A stretch of DNA of 32,000 bases from Candidatus Thorarchaeota archaeon (GTDB lineage Archaea; Asgardarchaeota; Heimdallarchaeia; Hodarchaeales; Hodarchaeaceae), in contig JBHLRO010000003.1 in assembly GCA_048882505.1 (NCBI GenBank), forward strand, positions 1-32,000, given 5' to 3'. The translations under genes were made by a program, and so were the position numbers. Of the stretch, positions 8,197 through 16,579 are shown one piece after another. The notes under the pieces were generated by a model. The model had not been told where the DNA came from. It worked only from the letters and a program-made list of their open reading frames with translations, and ran no database searches. How positions within the stretch are numbered: the first letter of the stretch is position 1; each line of letters opens with the position of its first letter.

Positions 8197-9588
8197 CTAA
8201 GTCGTCCTTAGTATCTTTAATGCCTCTTCGAGATAGGTTCGCACTTCGGTTTCTGTTGGGGTTGTTTCTGCTCCCATAGTCGATAGAATGTAACGACGTA
8301 TTTCCTCATCAGTTGGTGGGGTCCTTACTTCTATTTGGGAGACTTCCTGCATCACATTTTGTGAAACTTCAGCCAAAACTCTTGTAAATTTCTGAATAGA
8401 TTGACCTTTCAATTCAGCATGCCCTAAATCTGCCAAGAACTGAGCTCCAGTTTCTCCCAAACGCTGAGAAAGAGCTTCACGAGAACCTAAAAACTGTGAT
8501 ATGTTTGCTAGGGACCATGTAAATACAGAAAAGGCCAAGACGTATCCAGTAAGGACTGTTATACCTGTCCATCGGGATGGACCGACTACTGAAATAGTAG
8601 AAAGCGCCACGCTCCCTAGAGATGCTAAGTATAGGTTTTTTCTCAGATAGGCTGAACCTACTCTTCTGGCATGCCTGATGAAACCTATAGAGATCGGAAG
8701 AAAGGCTGCAACGAGAAAACAGACTCCTAGAATGGCTATTATGGACCCTGAATCGCTTCCATCGCCTCCAACGTTCATCAGATTTGTTACGAACCACAAT
8801 AGAAAAAAGCCAAATGGAAGAATAATTAGGGTGCGCGATTTTGGTAATCCTTGCTCGTAGGGGATTCGTAGATTCTGACCCGCGACGGCCAAAAAATAGA
8901 GATAAACCGGTAATACAAGTGTTGCAATTACGAGAAGTATAAAGAAAATAAGCTGATATTCTGGTGAGAAATCCCCGAAAGATACTCCAAGATCCAGCCA
9001 GAAAAGGAAGTATTGAAGGGTGATAGTAGCAATTTGGATCACGAAGAGGATTATCATCGATAGTCCGACATAGAAAAAGGAGTTTACTATTGGAGCATTT
9101 GAATATCGTGCCCATATTCTAAACTGTCGCGTCCATACAAAGCCCGTTAGCAAGCAACCCGTTAATGCTGAGATATTATAACCCATTTTCGTGAACAGGG
9201 TCAGATTCATCAAGAGTGAATATTGGGTTGCGGCCAGATCTAGTTGGGTGTACACAGCCCCTAGATAACCAGAAATAAGAATGATCTCTGTGATATACGC
9301 CACAATGCCTAAAACGCCTGAGGCGAGGGTGAGGGCCGCAGCGATGTACAGGACAGTCTTGTGCCGGGTTTCAACTTTGGATTCCTCCCTAAGGATTATT
9401 CTCCAGATCATAAAAGCTATTGAAACCATTAAAAGGGACAAAAAGAGTAGAACAACAAGGATTGGTCCCGAGAGAGATTGAAGCAAAGCAAAATCTTTAA
9501 TTAGGGTAGTTATAATTAAATCAAGGGCTGTTACCACTACGGTAACTGACGTTAATGTGATTATATTAGAGAATTGAATCTTTACCAA
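8197..9588 (-). CDS. Hypothetical polytopic membrane protein (about 9-10 TM segments) with a soluble helical C-terminus
   Basis: 463-aa ORF with many long hydrophobic stretches and a hydrophilic final ~95 aa. I recognise no family motif. Confidence 0.75.
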   Translation of the reverse strand: MVKIQFSNIITLTSVTVVVTALDLIITTLIKDFALLQSLSGPILVVLLFLSLLMVSIAFMIWRIILREESKVETRHKTVLYIAAALTLASGVLGIVAYITEIILISGYLGAVYTQLDLAATQYSLLMNLTLFTKMGYNISALTGCLLTGFVWTRQFRIWARYSNAPIVNSFFYVGLSMIILFVIQIATITLQYFLFWLDLGVSFGDFSPEYQLIFFILLVIATLVLPVYLYFLAVAGQNLRIPYEQGLPKSRTLIILPFGFFLLWFVTNLMNVGGDGSDSGSIIAILGVCFLVAAFLPISIGFIRHARRVGSAYLRKNLYLASLGSVALSTISVVGPSRWTGITVLTGYVLAFSVFTWSLANISQFLGSREALSQRLGETGAQFLADLGHAELKGQSIQKFTRVLAEVSQNVMQEVSQIEVRTPPTDEEIRRYILSTMGAETTPTETEVRTYLEEALKILRTT

Positions 9589-9665
9589 TATAGGGGTATC
9601 CTTGCTTGATTAGAGCTTAAGAGGAAATTTTCGTTATGGTTTTGGAATAATTACCGTGTATTGTC

Positions 9666-9962
9666 TTACCAGTCAAACCAGAAGGATGAGTATTGCTTAG
9701 GTACATGCAGCAGAAAGTACTGGTCTTCCGGCATTTTATCCTCCACTTCTATCCACCCTCCTGGAATATAACTATTAAAAAAAGTTTCAAGATCGGATTT
9801 TCGAGAAGCATATCCAGGATCTAGTTGAAGGGCAGCATGAAGCATATCTTGGGGAATACCTTTACCCTTATTGGGAAAATCTCCGATTTGGATCAATGTA
9901 TTCAATCGGAGTCGTTTTAGAAGGTTATCTTGTATTGGATGAATATGTTTCGGGATTGCCAT
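9666..9962 (-). CDS. Hypothetical protein (98 aa)
   Basis: ATG-started ORF that fills the gap, is divergent from the gene at 10100 and has a protein-like composition. Confidence 0.6.
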   Translation of the reverse strand: MAIPKHIHPIQDNLLKRLRLNTLIQIGDFPNKGKGIPQDMLHAALQLDPGYASRKSDLETFFNSYIPGGWIEVEDKMPEDQYFLLHVPKQYSSFWFDW

Positions 9963-10035
9963 TTTGCAACTTCCTTTTCGACTTCAATGCAATATTATAA
10001 AAATTTAAATTCTTTAATAAAAACTTCATAGTATC

Positions 10036-10043
10036 TTATAAAT
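10036..10043 (+). promoter_or_regulatory. Candidate archaeal TATA box (TTATAAAT)
   Basis: AT-rich divergent intergenic region; the box lies about 57 bp upstream of the ATG at 10100. Confidence 0.35.
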
Positions 10044-10084
10044 GTTATGAGCGTTGAAGCCCAGAGTCCCATTAGAGGAATTCC

Positions 10085-10091
10085 GAGGTGA
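10085..10091 (+). promoter_or_regulatory. Shine-Dalgarno GAGGTGA
   Basis: Lies 8 nt before the in-frame ATG at 10100. The ORF-track GTG start at 10088 sits inside this SD. Confidence 0.65.
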
Positions 10092-10099
10092 GACTATTT

Positions 10100-11116
10100 A
10101 TGGACCATAGAAAAAGAGCCAGAAAAGCTAAGCAAATAGCTGATAAAAGGACGGGAGAACGATTGAGAATTCTAAACTATTCTGAGGATGTCCTTCAAGC
10201 CTATGAACTTGTAAACACGTCTCATTCGGAATCAGTATCAACATCCACTGGAATTGTTCTCATGGATATCGCCTGGCAGAGTGGTGGAAGCGTCCCATCT
10301 GAAATCGAGCTTGCCAATGCATACTTTCCAATTCAGTGTTTTTTTCTCGGAACTATTTACCAAGACGACCTATTGGATTCTCTTAAAGCCAAAAAGCCCA
10401 GGTTTTTGGTAAAAACCTTAGGGATGCCCAATTGTATGATTATGGGAAACATCCTATATTGTGAGGCATTGATTTCACTATTTGAGCAAGTATTTAAGGA
10501 GTGTGGTGATAAACTGCTACCCTCCTGTGACTCAATGGAGAGGATGGTCAAGGATATAATGGAGTCAGAGATCATAAGAAGGCACCATATAGGAAAAATC
10601 CTTCCCCTAAGGACGTTCAATGGCATATGGAGGCGCCTTACACCATTCCGGGCTTGCATTGAAATTGGGGGGATAGTAGGAAACTCTGATAAGGAAAAGA
10701 TAAAGGATTTGACTGAAATAGCCTCCAATTTGTCCATCAGTAGGCGAATCACAAAAGAGATAAGCGAAATATACGGGTTACGAGGATCTTTCAAAGAAAA
10801 AATCAGAAACAAACCCTCGCCCTTGCCAATTACCCTCGCCTACCAATCAGCAACCCTTTCGGAGAAACAAGAGATAGAACTTTTCTTAAAAAGACTTGAT
10901 TCGCGAGATTGGAAAAATTTCCCAACCAAAGATTCATTATTAGATATCGGTTTGCTAATAGATGTTGTAGCAAAATACGACTCAATTTCTGCCGCTCTAG
11001 AGATTCAACGAGGGATTATCGAAGAGACAAGAGGATTGTTGGGCAAGGTTGCCAATTCAGAACATCGTAACATTCTCAGCCAGCTATTAGAAACGCAACC
11101 TCATAAAGATCTCTGA
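10100..11116 (+). CDS. Polyprenyl-synthetase (trans-IDS) fold protein, degenerate
   Basis: The FARM motif IYQDDLLDS and a following G..ncm.mGN.L segment are present. The SARM position reads ISRRITKEISE instead of FQ..DD..D, followed by K.spLP. The start is moved to ATG 10100 on SD evidence. Confidence 0.7.
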   Translation: MDHRKRARKAKQIADKRTGERLRILNYSEDVLQAYELVNTSHSESVSTSTGIVLMDIAWQSGGSVPSEIELANAYFPIQCFFLGTIYQDDLLDSLKAKKPRFLVKTLGMPNCMIMGNILYCEALISLFEQVFKECGDKLLPSCDSMERMVKDIMESEIIRRHHIGKILPLRTFNGIWRRLTPFRACIEIGGIVGNSDKEKIKDLTEIASNLSISRRITKEISEIYGLRGSFKEKIRNKPSPLPITLAYQSATLSEKQEIELFLKRLDSRDWKNFPTKDSLLDIGLLIDVVAKYDSISAALEIQRGIIEETRGLLGKVANSEHRNILSQLLETQPHKDL

Positions 11117-11218
11117 TCAGATCTAGTGCCAAGAGACGTTCTAAAATCATACATAAAGTGTCGGACTTCTCCGCCTCAAGGGACTTTGTGCCTGGAACCA
11201 AGAGTATAGGATTATCCC

Positions 11219-11422
11219 TTAAAAAATGCTCCCGCCTTGAATTCTCCAAACAGATTTGTTTTTGATTCCTCTTGGTGAAAATACCAGTAATGATAGATTG
11301 TCTTCAGTGATCAATTCGAACGTAAGAAAGACTTTAGCCTGGTTAGCATAAATGTATCTAGGTGGTAAGGGGTGGGTAAAAGCCCTACCCTGTTGGGGCC
11401 GTATATTATTCTTTCTTGCCAA
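11219..11422 (-). CDS. Possible small hypothetical protein (67 aa)
   Basis: TTG-started ORF in an otherwise empty gap, divergent from the longin gene. No clear family. Confidence 0.3.
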   Translation of the reverse strand: MARKNNIRPQQGRAFTHPLPPRYIYANQAKVFLTFELITEDNLSLLVFSPRGIKNKSVWRIQGGSIF

Positions 11423-11432
11423 TATATTTACC

Positions 11433-11440
11433 TTTATAAG
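11433..11440 (+). promoter_or_regulatory. Candidate TATA box (TTTATAAG)
   Basis: Lies 12 bp upstream of the direct-repeat array and about 80 bp upstream of the ATG at 11519. Confidence 0.4.
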
Positions 11441-11452
11441 GAGAAAATTTTC

Positions 11453-11495
11453 TGTTGATGAAGTGTTGATGAAATGTTGATGAAGTGTCGAAAGG
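11453..11495 (+). repeat. Tandem 11-bp direct repeats TGTTGATGAA(G/A) x3 plus a degenerate fourth copy
   Basis: TGTTGATGAAG (11453-11463), TGTTGATGAAA (11464-11474), TGTTGATGAAG (11475-11485), TGTCGAAAGG (11486-11495). Confidence 0.9.
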
Positions 11496-11502
11496 CGGCT
11501 GC

Positions 11503-11510
11503 GAGGTGAT
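11503..11510 (+). promoter_or_regulatory. Shine-Dalgarno GAGGTGAT
   Basis: Lies 8 nt upstream of ATG 11519. Confidence 0.65.
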
Positions 11511-11518
11511 ATTCTAGG

Positions 11519-11974
11519 ATGATGGAAGATAGAAGGGTAATATTGGCAAACAAAATTCAGCAGGTGATGACGGATGTGGAGAATCCGCTTTATCTCTCAA
11601 TCATTGATAACAGTGGTGGGGCTTTATTTTCTAAGTCATTTAGGGATGAAAACGAGCTAGATGCCCAACACATTGGATTTTTCCTCTCTGCGATGATTAA
11701 ATTCTGTGATTACCTCTTTGATAACCGCTTTAACCGGTTAAAGATCGGTCATTACTATCTAACATTGATTGAACAGGAAAATTTCTTTTATTGCTACGTA
11801 TATCAAGGAAGATCCTATGAAGGCCGAATGCGACTCGCTCGATTCTCAAGGTTATTAAAGAAGTTCCAAAATGTTTGGGAAGCTCTGAATGCGTATCATA
11901 AAACTGGACGAATCCTTTCCGATTCTATGATAGCTCAACTCGATTTAATATCTGCGGAAATATTCCAAAACTAA
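11519..11974 (+). CDS. Stand-alone longin-like domain protein (Asgard type)
   Basis: LYLSIIDNSGGALFSKSF...QHIGFFLSAMIKFCDYLF...RLKIGHYYLTL...FYCYVYQG...LARFSRLL...LDLISAEIF follows the longin beta-beta-alpha-beta-beta-beta-alpha-alpha pattern. Confidence 0.7.
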   Translation: MMEDRRVILANKIQQVMTDVENPLYLSIIDNSGGALFSKSFRDENELDAQHIGFFLSAMIKFCDYLFDNRFNRLKIGHYYLTLIEQENFFYCYVYQGRSYEGRMRLARFSRLLKKFQNVWEALNAYHKTGRILSDSMIAQLDLISAEIFQN

Positions 11975-11992
11975 CCATGAAAAGGAGGAATA

Positions 11993-12181
11993 ATGCCAAT
12001 GACATATCTGAGCAGATGGAAACAGAAAGATAAGATTGAAGATCGAAAATTAATCATTAAGGAAAAAATCCCAAGAAAAAATTCAGATCGGCTTATGAAA
12101 GGAAAATTCGATAGGAAATCGAATGAGAACCAGGTTCACGTATATCTTTCGTTTGTAAGGTCGATGAATAATATTCGTTAA
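11993..12181 (+). CDS. Small basic hypothetical protein (62 aa)
   Basis: Strong SD AGGAGG at 11983-11988, 18 bp after the longin stop codon; the product is K/R-rich. Confidence 0.5.
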   Translation: MPMTYLSRWKQKDKIEDRKLIIKEKIPRKNSDRLMKGKFDRKSNENQVHVYLSFVRSMNNIR

Positions 12182-12260
12182 TAAGGTCTCTCATCTTTCA
12201 ATCTGATTTGACGTAAGGGGCTCGTAATAGCAGGACTAACACCAATTAATATCGATTCTT

Positions 12261-13772
12261 TCACTTCCTCAATGAAACCAAAAAGCATGAACCCCCTAGA
12301 TGAGAGTTTCCGACTGATATCGTCCCTCCATAGGCTTCGATTATTGTTTTAACCAGAAACAATCCCAGGCCGGTACCTTTTGAGGAAGGGCCCTTAATAC
12401 CTTTGTTGAATAATTGCTTTTTGAGACTGGCTGATATTCCTTTACCATCATCATCTATAACGATATCTACGTGATTTTCCTTTTCTACAGTTGTGATCCT
12501 TAATTTTGTCCCCCCTGAATGAAGGAATACGTTTTCAATTAGATTTGAAAATACTTCCATGAGAAGGTCGCCGCCCCATATTGGTGGAATCTTTTGGTTT
12601 ATTTCGAAATCTATTTCCATGCCTAATTCGATTGCTCTAGGGGAATGAATCCTTAGTAACTCTTGGGAAAGTTCCATTAAATCTATTTCTTCGGTTCTTT
12701 CAAGTGCACCTGATTCGATCAGCCTCAAGTTACTAATCTTGTTCAGTAGCTTTACTCCACTCTCACATCCTCTAACCGCCGTCTTAACATAAGCACTTTG
12801 TGTTTCAGAAAGTTCAGTTTGCTCCAAAAGCGCCAAATAGCCCTGGATAACGTGCATCTTGTTACTAAGGTCATGTTTTAAGAGAGAATAAAGGAATTCT
12901 AAAGCTTCTTCAGTCTTTTTACGTTGAGTGATGTCAATAACAGAAACAAACTCCGCTGGTTTTCCACCGTAATCTATTGTTTTTGAAATGAGATCCACCC
13001 AGCGTACTTTTCCCTCCTTGGTTAGAACCCTGCTTGGATAGGCCGAAATCATACCCTTATTAATTCCATCCTGCTTTCTTATTAATCGTTCGGACACAAG
13101 TTCCCTATCTTCTGGATGAATGTGGACAAGCAGAGTTTTGATGGTCCATCCTTCAACTTCATTCCGCTCGTATCCTCCAATTCTGGCCCACGCCTCATTT
13201 GCAAATATTACTCGATTATCCTGAATTATACCATAACCAATACTGGAGGTTTCTAATAATGATCTGAAGTCCTCTTCACTCTTTTTTAAGGCATCCTCCG
13301 CCTCCTTGCGTTCAGTGGAATCGACATAAACAGCAGCAACATAGCCTCTTTCGGGACTATAGGCTGTGATTGTATACCAGCGCTGGAGGATTTGGGTGTA
13401 ATCTTGGAAGTACAACACTTGCCCCGTGGAAGCAACACGGCCATAATTACCTATCCAGTCGATTGGATCATTTTCTATCCCAGGAACTACCTTCGTTGCC
13501 CGCTTTCCGAGGATTTTTTCTCGCTTAAGGCCCGTTAATCTCTCATATTCCTTGTTAACTTCAACAAAAACGTAATCGGTCGCAACGAAGTTGTCATCGT
13601 ACACTACTTCGTGATATGCAAATCCGATCGGAATAGCTTGTATTAACACACTTGTTAATTCCCTAGATGTCTCTAAACCAGGTTTGGGAAGATTATCTGC
13701 CATGTACTTTGCGATGACCTGTTTTACATCTTTAGGGACATCATTTCTGTTGAGAACCCGTCTTATATCCAT
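12261..13772 (-). CDS. Cytoplasmic PAS-PAS sensor histidine kinase
   Basis: Two PAS domains (VNKEYERLTGL...; IFANEAWARIGGY...HIHPEDRE), H box LLKHDLSN, N box VFSNLIENVFLH, G1 IDDDGKGI and G2 GTGLGLFLV. SD AGGTGA upstream. Confidence 0.93.
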   Translation of the reverse strand: MDIRRVLNRNDVPKDVKQVIAKYMADNLPKPGLETSRELTSVLIQAIPIGFAYHEVVYDDNFVATDYVFVEVNKEYERLTGLKREKILGKRATKVVPGIENDPIDWIGNYGRVASTGQVLYFQDYTQILQRWYTITAYSPERGYVAAVYVDSTERKEAEDALKKSEEDFRSLLETSSIGYGIIQDNRVIFANEAWARIGGYERNEVEGWTIKTLLVHIHPEDRELVSERLIRKQDGINKGMISAYPSRVLTKEGKVRWVDLISKTIDYGGKPAEFVSVIDITQRKKTEEALEFLYSLLKHDLSNKMHVIQGYLALLEQTELSETQSAYVKTAVRGCESGVKLLNKISNLRLIESGALERTEEIDLMELSQELLRIHSPRAIELGMEIDFEINQKIPPIWGGDLLMEVFSNLIENVFLHSGGTKLRITTVEKENHVDIVIDDDGKGISASLKKQLFNKGIKGPSSKGTGLGLFLVKTIIEAYGGTISVGNSHLGGSCFLVSLRK

Positions 13773-13825
13773 GATATCACCTAGGAAGTAACCCTCAGTT
13801 AAAAAAAGGATGCCCTAAAAGTGAA

Positions 13826-14218
13826 TTACTCTGGAACATCGATTCTTTCCTCATCACTGGTCGTATCAAAATAAAAGACTCGTCCATTAAGATCGGTGAA
13901 GATTGCATCCCCTGTCCCTTTTTCTAGTATTTTTTCTTTAGATAGCTTAATTCCCTTGATCTTTAGGAAATCAACAATTCTCTTGATGTTACCACCCCGA
14001 TAATTGAATAAAACAGGAATTCCAAATTCCCTTTCGATAAATCGGTCAGTAAACAACCCGAGATAGATAAGGCCGTCTGTGACAGTACACCAACCTTTGT
14101 CAGGGCCCCCTGTATATATTTTGAACCCTAATTTTTGGTAAAATTCTATACTATCTGGAAGGTTTTCAACGGAAAAGCAGATTTCAAAATGATGACCTAA
14201 TCTTGGAATATCTGTCAT
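13826..14218 (-). CDS. VOC / glyoxalase family protein
   Basis: FEICFSVENLPDSIEFYQKLGF...FTDLNGRVFYF. Confidence 0.85.
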   Translation of the reverse strand: MTDIPRLGHHFEICFSVENLPDSIEFYQKLGFKIYTGGPDKGWCTVTDGLIYLGLFTDRFIEREFGIPVLFNYRGGNIKRIVDFLKIKGIKLSKEKILEKGTGDAIFTDLNGRVFYFDTTSDEERIDVPE

Positions 14219-14403
14219 TAATACTACCTTCCTAAAAAATTCGACTTCAAATAAAAAACTGCATCCAATTGATGGAAAAACTATGATCGGATAATATGGT
14301 TAGTTTTCTTCCTTTAGCTTTCGTATAATACACGCAAAGCACAGAAACATGATCCAACGAAAAGTAACTTCCGGGGATTATCCAGGAAATCTTGACATCA
14401 ATC

Positions 14404-15354
14404 CTAAATCATTGGCCTTACATTGTCCCAGAACTCAACCAAAGGATCGCCCTTTGAGCTCTGGTATTTCAACACAAAGAATCTTACGTCGATCTCGTTT
14501 AATCGTCTTAATTTATCAGCTAAAACTTCAGGTGTCCCCCAAAGTCGATTCCTGACGAAATCTTCAGGAGTTATCTTATTAGAATCCATCCTGTTGCTAA
14601 TTATCTCTTTGGCTTTAACTAAAGCCTCTTCTTCAGATTGAAATATATGGAGACTGCCAAAATATGATTTTACTTTATCCTTGGGATCCCCGTTCAACTT
14701 TTTTACCTCAGTATCAAACACTTGAAATCTCTCAATAGCTTTCTCAATTTCCCCACCTGTGTTAAAACCATCAGCAATACGCGCCGCCATTCTAATGAAT
14801 CGTATCTTGGATCCACCTAAATGGATAGGAAAGGGCTGCGTTTGAGGTTTAGGAAAGTTCCTGGAGTTTTTTAGAGACCAAAACTCTCCTTCTAAGTTGA
14901 TACCCGTAATCTCCGGATCAAACAAGTTCCTTAGGATGTCCACCGCTTCTTCCGTTTGTTTTAACCTTTCACCAGGAGGTGGAAATGGATAACCATAGGC
15001 AAGATATTCGTCTTCTTTCCAGCCTGCTCCCAAAAATAGTTCAAACCTCCCGCCACTAAGGATATCCAATGAAGATACCATTTTGGCTAACAGGGAGGGA
15101 TTACGGAATGATTGACAGAGTACCGTATGTCCTCCATGTAACCGTTTGGACCACATCAACATTGTAGTAATAAATGTCCATGCTTCAAGATAATTCTCTC
15201 TACCACCGATGCTCTTATCGAAACCAGTTAGGTGATCATTGGTATATATTCCCCAATAATCAAACTGTTCATCAACTCTTTTTACATATTCACGTAGTTC
15301 AGTGACCGACCAGTTTGGTTCTCGTAGATATAGTCCCCATTTATTGTCTCTCAT
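14404..15354 (-). CDS. LLM-class flavin (probably F420)-dependent oxidoreductase
   Basis: IYTNDHL, LEAWT, FRNPSLLAKMVSSLDILSGGRFELFLGAGW, PKPQTQPFPIHLGG and AARIADG motifs. Confidence 0.92.
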   Translation of the reverse strand: MRDNKWGLYLREPNWSVTELREYVKRVDEQFDYWGIYTNDHLTGFDKSIGGRENYLEAWTFITTMLMWSKRLHGGHTVLCQSFRNPSLLAKMVSSLDILSGGRFELFLGAGWKEDEYLAYGYPFPPPGERLKQTEEAVDILRNLFDPEITGINLEGEFWSLKNSRNFPKPQTQPFPIHLGGSKIRFIRMAARIADGFNTGGEIEKAIERFQVFDTEVKKLNGDPKDKVKSYFGSLHIFQSEEEALVKAKEIISNRMDSNKITPEDFVRNRLWGTPEVLADKLRRLNEIDVRFFVLKYQSSKGDPLVEFWDNVRPMI

Positions 15355-15506
15355 GATAATTCAGACCTTATTCCTTAATTAAAGTATTTTGCTTGCCGTA
15401 TAAAACGAGAGCTATCACGATAACTCAATAAAACTTGGCTTATTTTTCACGAAACTTAGAAACGGGGAATCCGTTTAAAAAAGGATTTGCGACCGCTTTG
15501 ATCAGT

Positions 15507-15869
15507 ATGACAAAATTCACTCCAGCCCCGATTAAACCTTTAATCAGCTTAACCGAACTTAATAAAGTGGATATTCGTGTAGGCACAATTACCCAGGTTA
15601 TAGACATTCCTCGATCTACTAATTTAGTGAAATTGGTGGTAGATTTGGGCGATCACACCAGGTCAATTGTTGCTGGTATAAAACAAGAAAGGAAAAATCC
15701 AAAGGAGGTGGAGGGATTACAGGCCCTCTTCGTTGTCAATCTTGAACCGAAAAAGATAATGGGAGAAACCTCCGAGGGTATGTTGTTTGATATTGGATAT
15801 TCCGACAAGATCACACCAGTCTTAGCTCTTCCCGAAAGGCTCGTACCTGACGGAACTAGAGCTGAATGA
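15507..15869 (+). CDS. tRNA-binding OB-fold protein (CsaA/Trbp111-like)
   Basis: VDIRVGTI...LVKLVVDLGDHTRSIVAGI...FVVNLEPKKIMGETSEGML. The in-frame ATG 15507 is preferred over the upstream TTG. Confidence 0.9.
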   Translation: MTKFTPAPIKPLISLTELNKVDIRVGTITQVIDIPRSTNLVKLVVDLGDHTRSIVAGIKQERKNPKEVEGLQALFVVNLEPKKIMGETSEGMLFDIGYSDKITPVLALPERLVPDGTRAE

Positions 15870-15897
15870 TAGGAAAGCACCATTAGAGGAAACAGAG

Positions 15898-16218
15898 ATG
15901 ATAAGTCGAGTTTGGCATGGGTGGACAACCCATGAGAATGCTAACGCATATGAAACACTATTAAGGGAGGAAATTTTCCGGAATATAGAAGATCGCGCCA
16001 TCAAGGGGTATCTGGGCATCAATCTTTTCAGAAGAGATACGGATACGGAAACCGAGTTTATGACCGTGATGTGGTTCGATACATTCGACGCTGTACGGGA
16101 ATTTGCAGGAGAAGATCATGAAAGGGCCGTTGTTCCTGCAAAAGCAAAAAGATTACTTTCTCGTTATGACAAACGCTCTCAGCATTATGAAGTAATTATT
16201 GAAAGAAATAGAGGGTAG
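15898..16218 (+). CDS. Antibiotic biosynthesis monooxygenase (ABM)-like / dimeric alpha-beta barrel protein
   Basis: MISRVWHGWT...YE...EFMTVMWFDTFDAVREFAGEDHERAVVP...HYEV is typical of this family. Confidence 0.85.
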   Translation: MISRVWHGWTTHENANAYETLLREEIFRNIEDRAIKGYLGINLFRRDTDTETEFMTVMWFDTFDAVREFAGEDHERAVVPAKAKRLLSRYDKRSQHYEVIIERNRG

Positions 16219-16579
16219 GTTACCATCTATTCATTTCCTATTAACCATATCATCTCCTAAGGAATTATCCGGTTTACCTTAGGTTCTTGAATAATTATGT
16301 CTTCAACCTTTACTGAATCTACAGGGACAAATTTCATTCTCTAGTGCCTTGCTTAGTTGACAGTGCTCCTTGTTTCAGTCATTTTTCATTCTACGATGGT
16401 TTCATTTGAATTGTCTTGCTGCTCATGAAGGCCGCCCGCCCTTTTCGTAATCTTTATACTAAATTTATCATTATGACAAGATTGTTTCAAAAATCGGGAA
16501 ATTATTTGCCAAAATGTGACCAGCTCTAAACAGTGCCTAGAGATCATTGGTTGAAATATTGCCGTAGAAGGTGAAGAGA

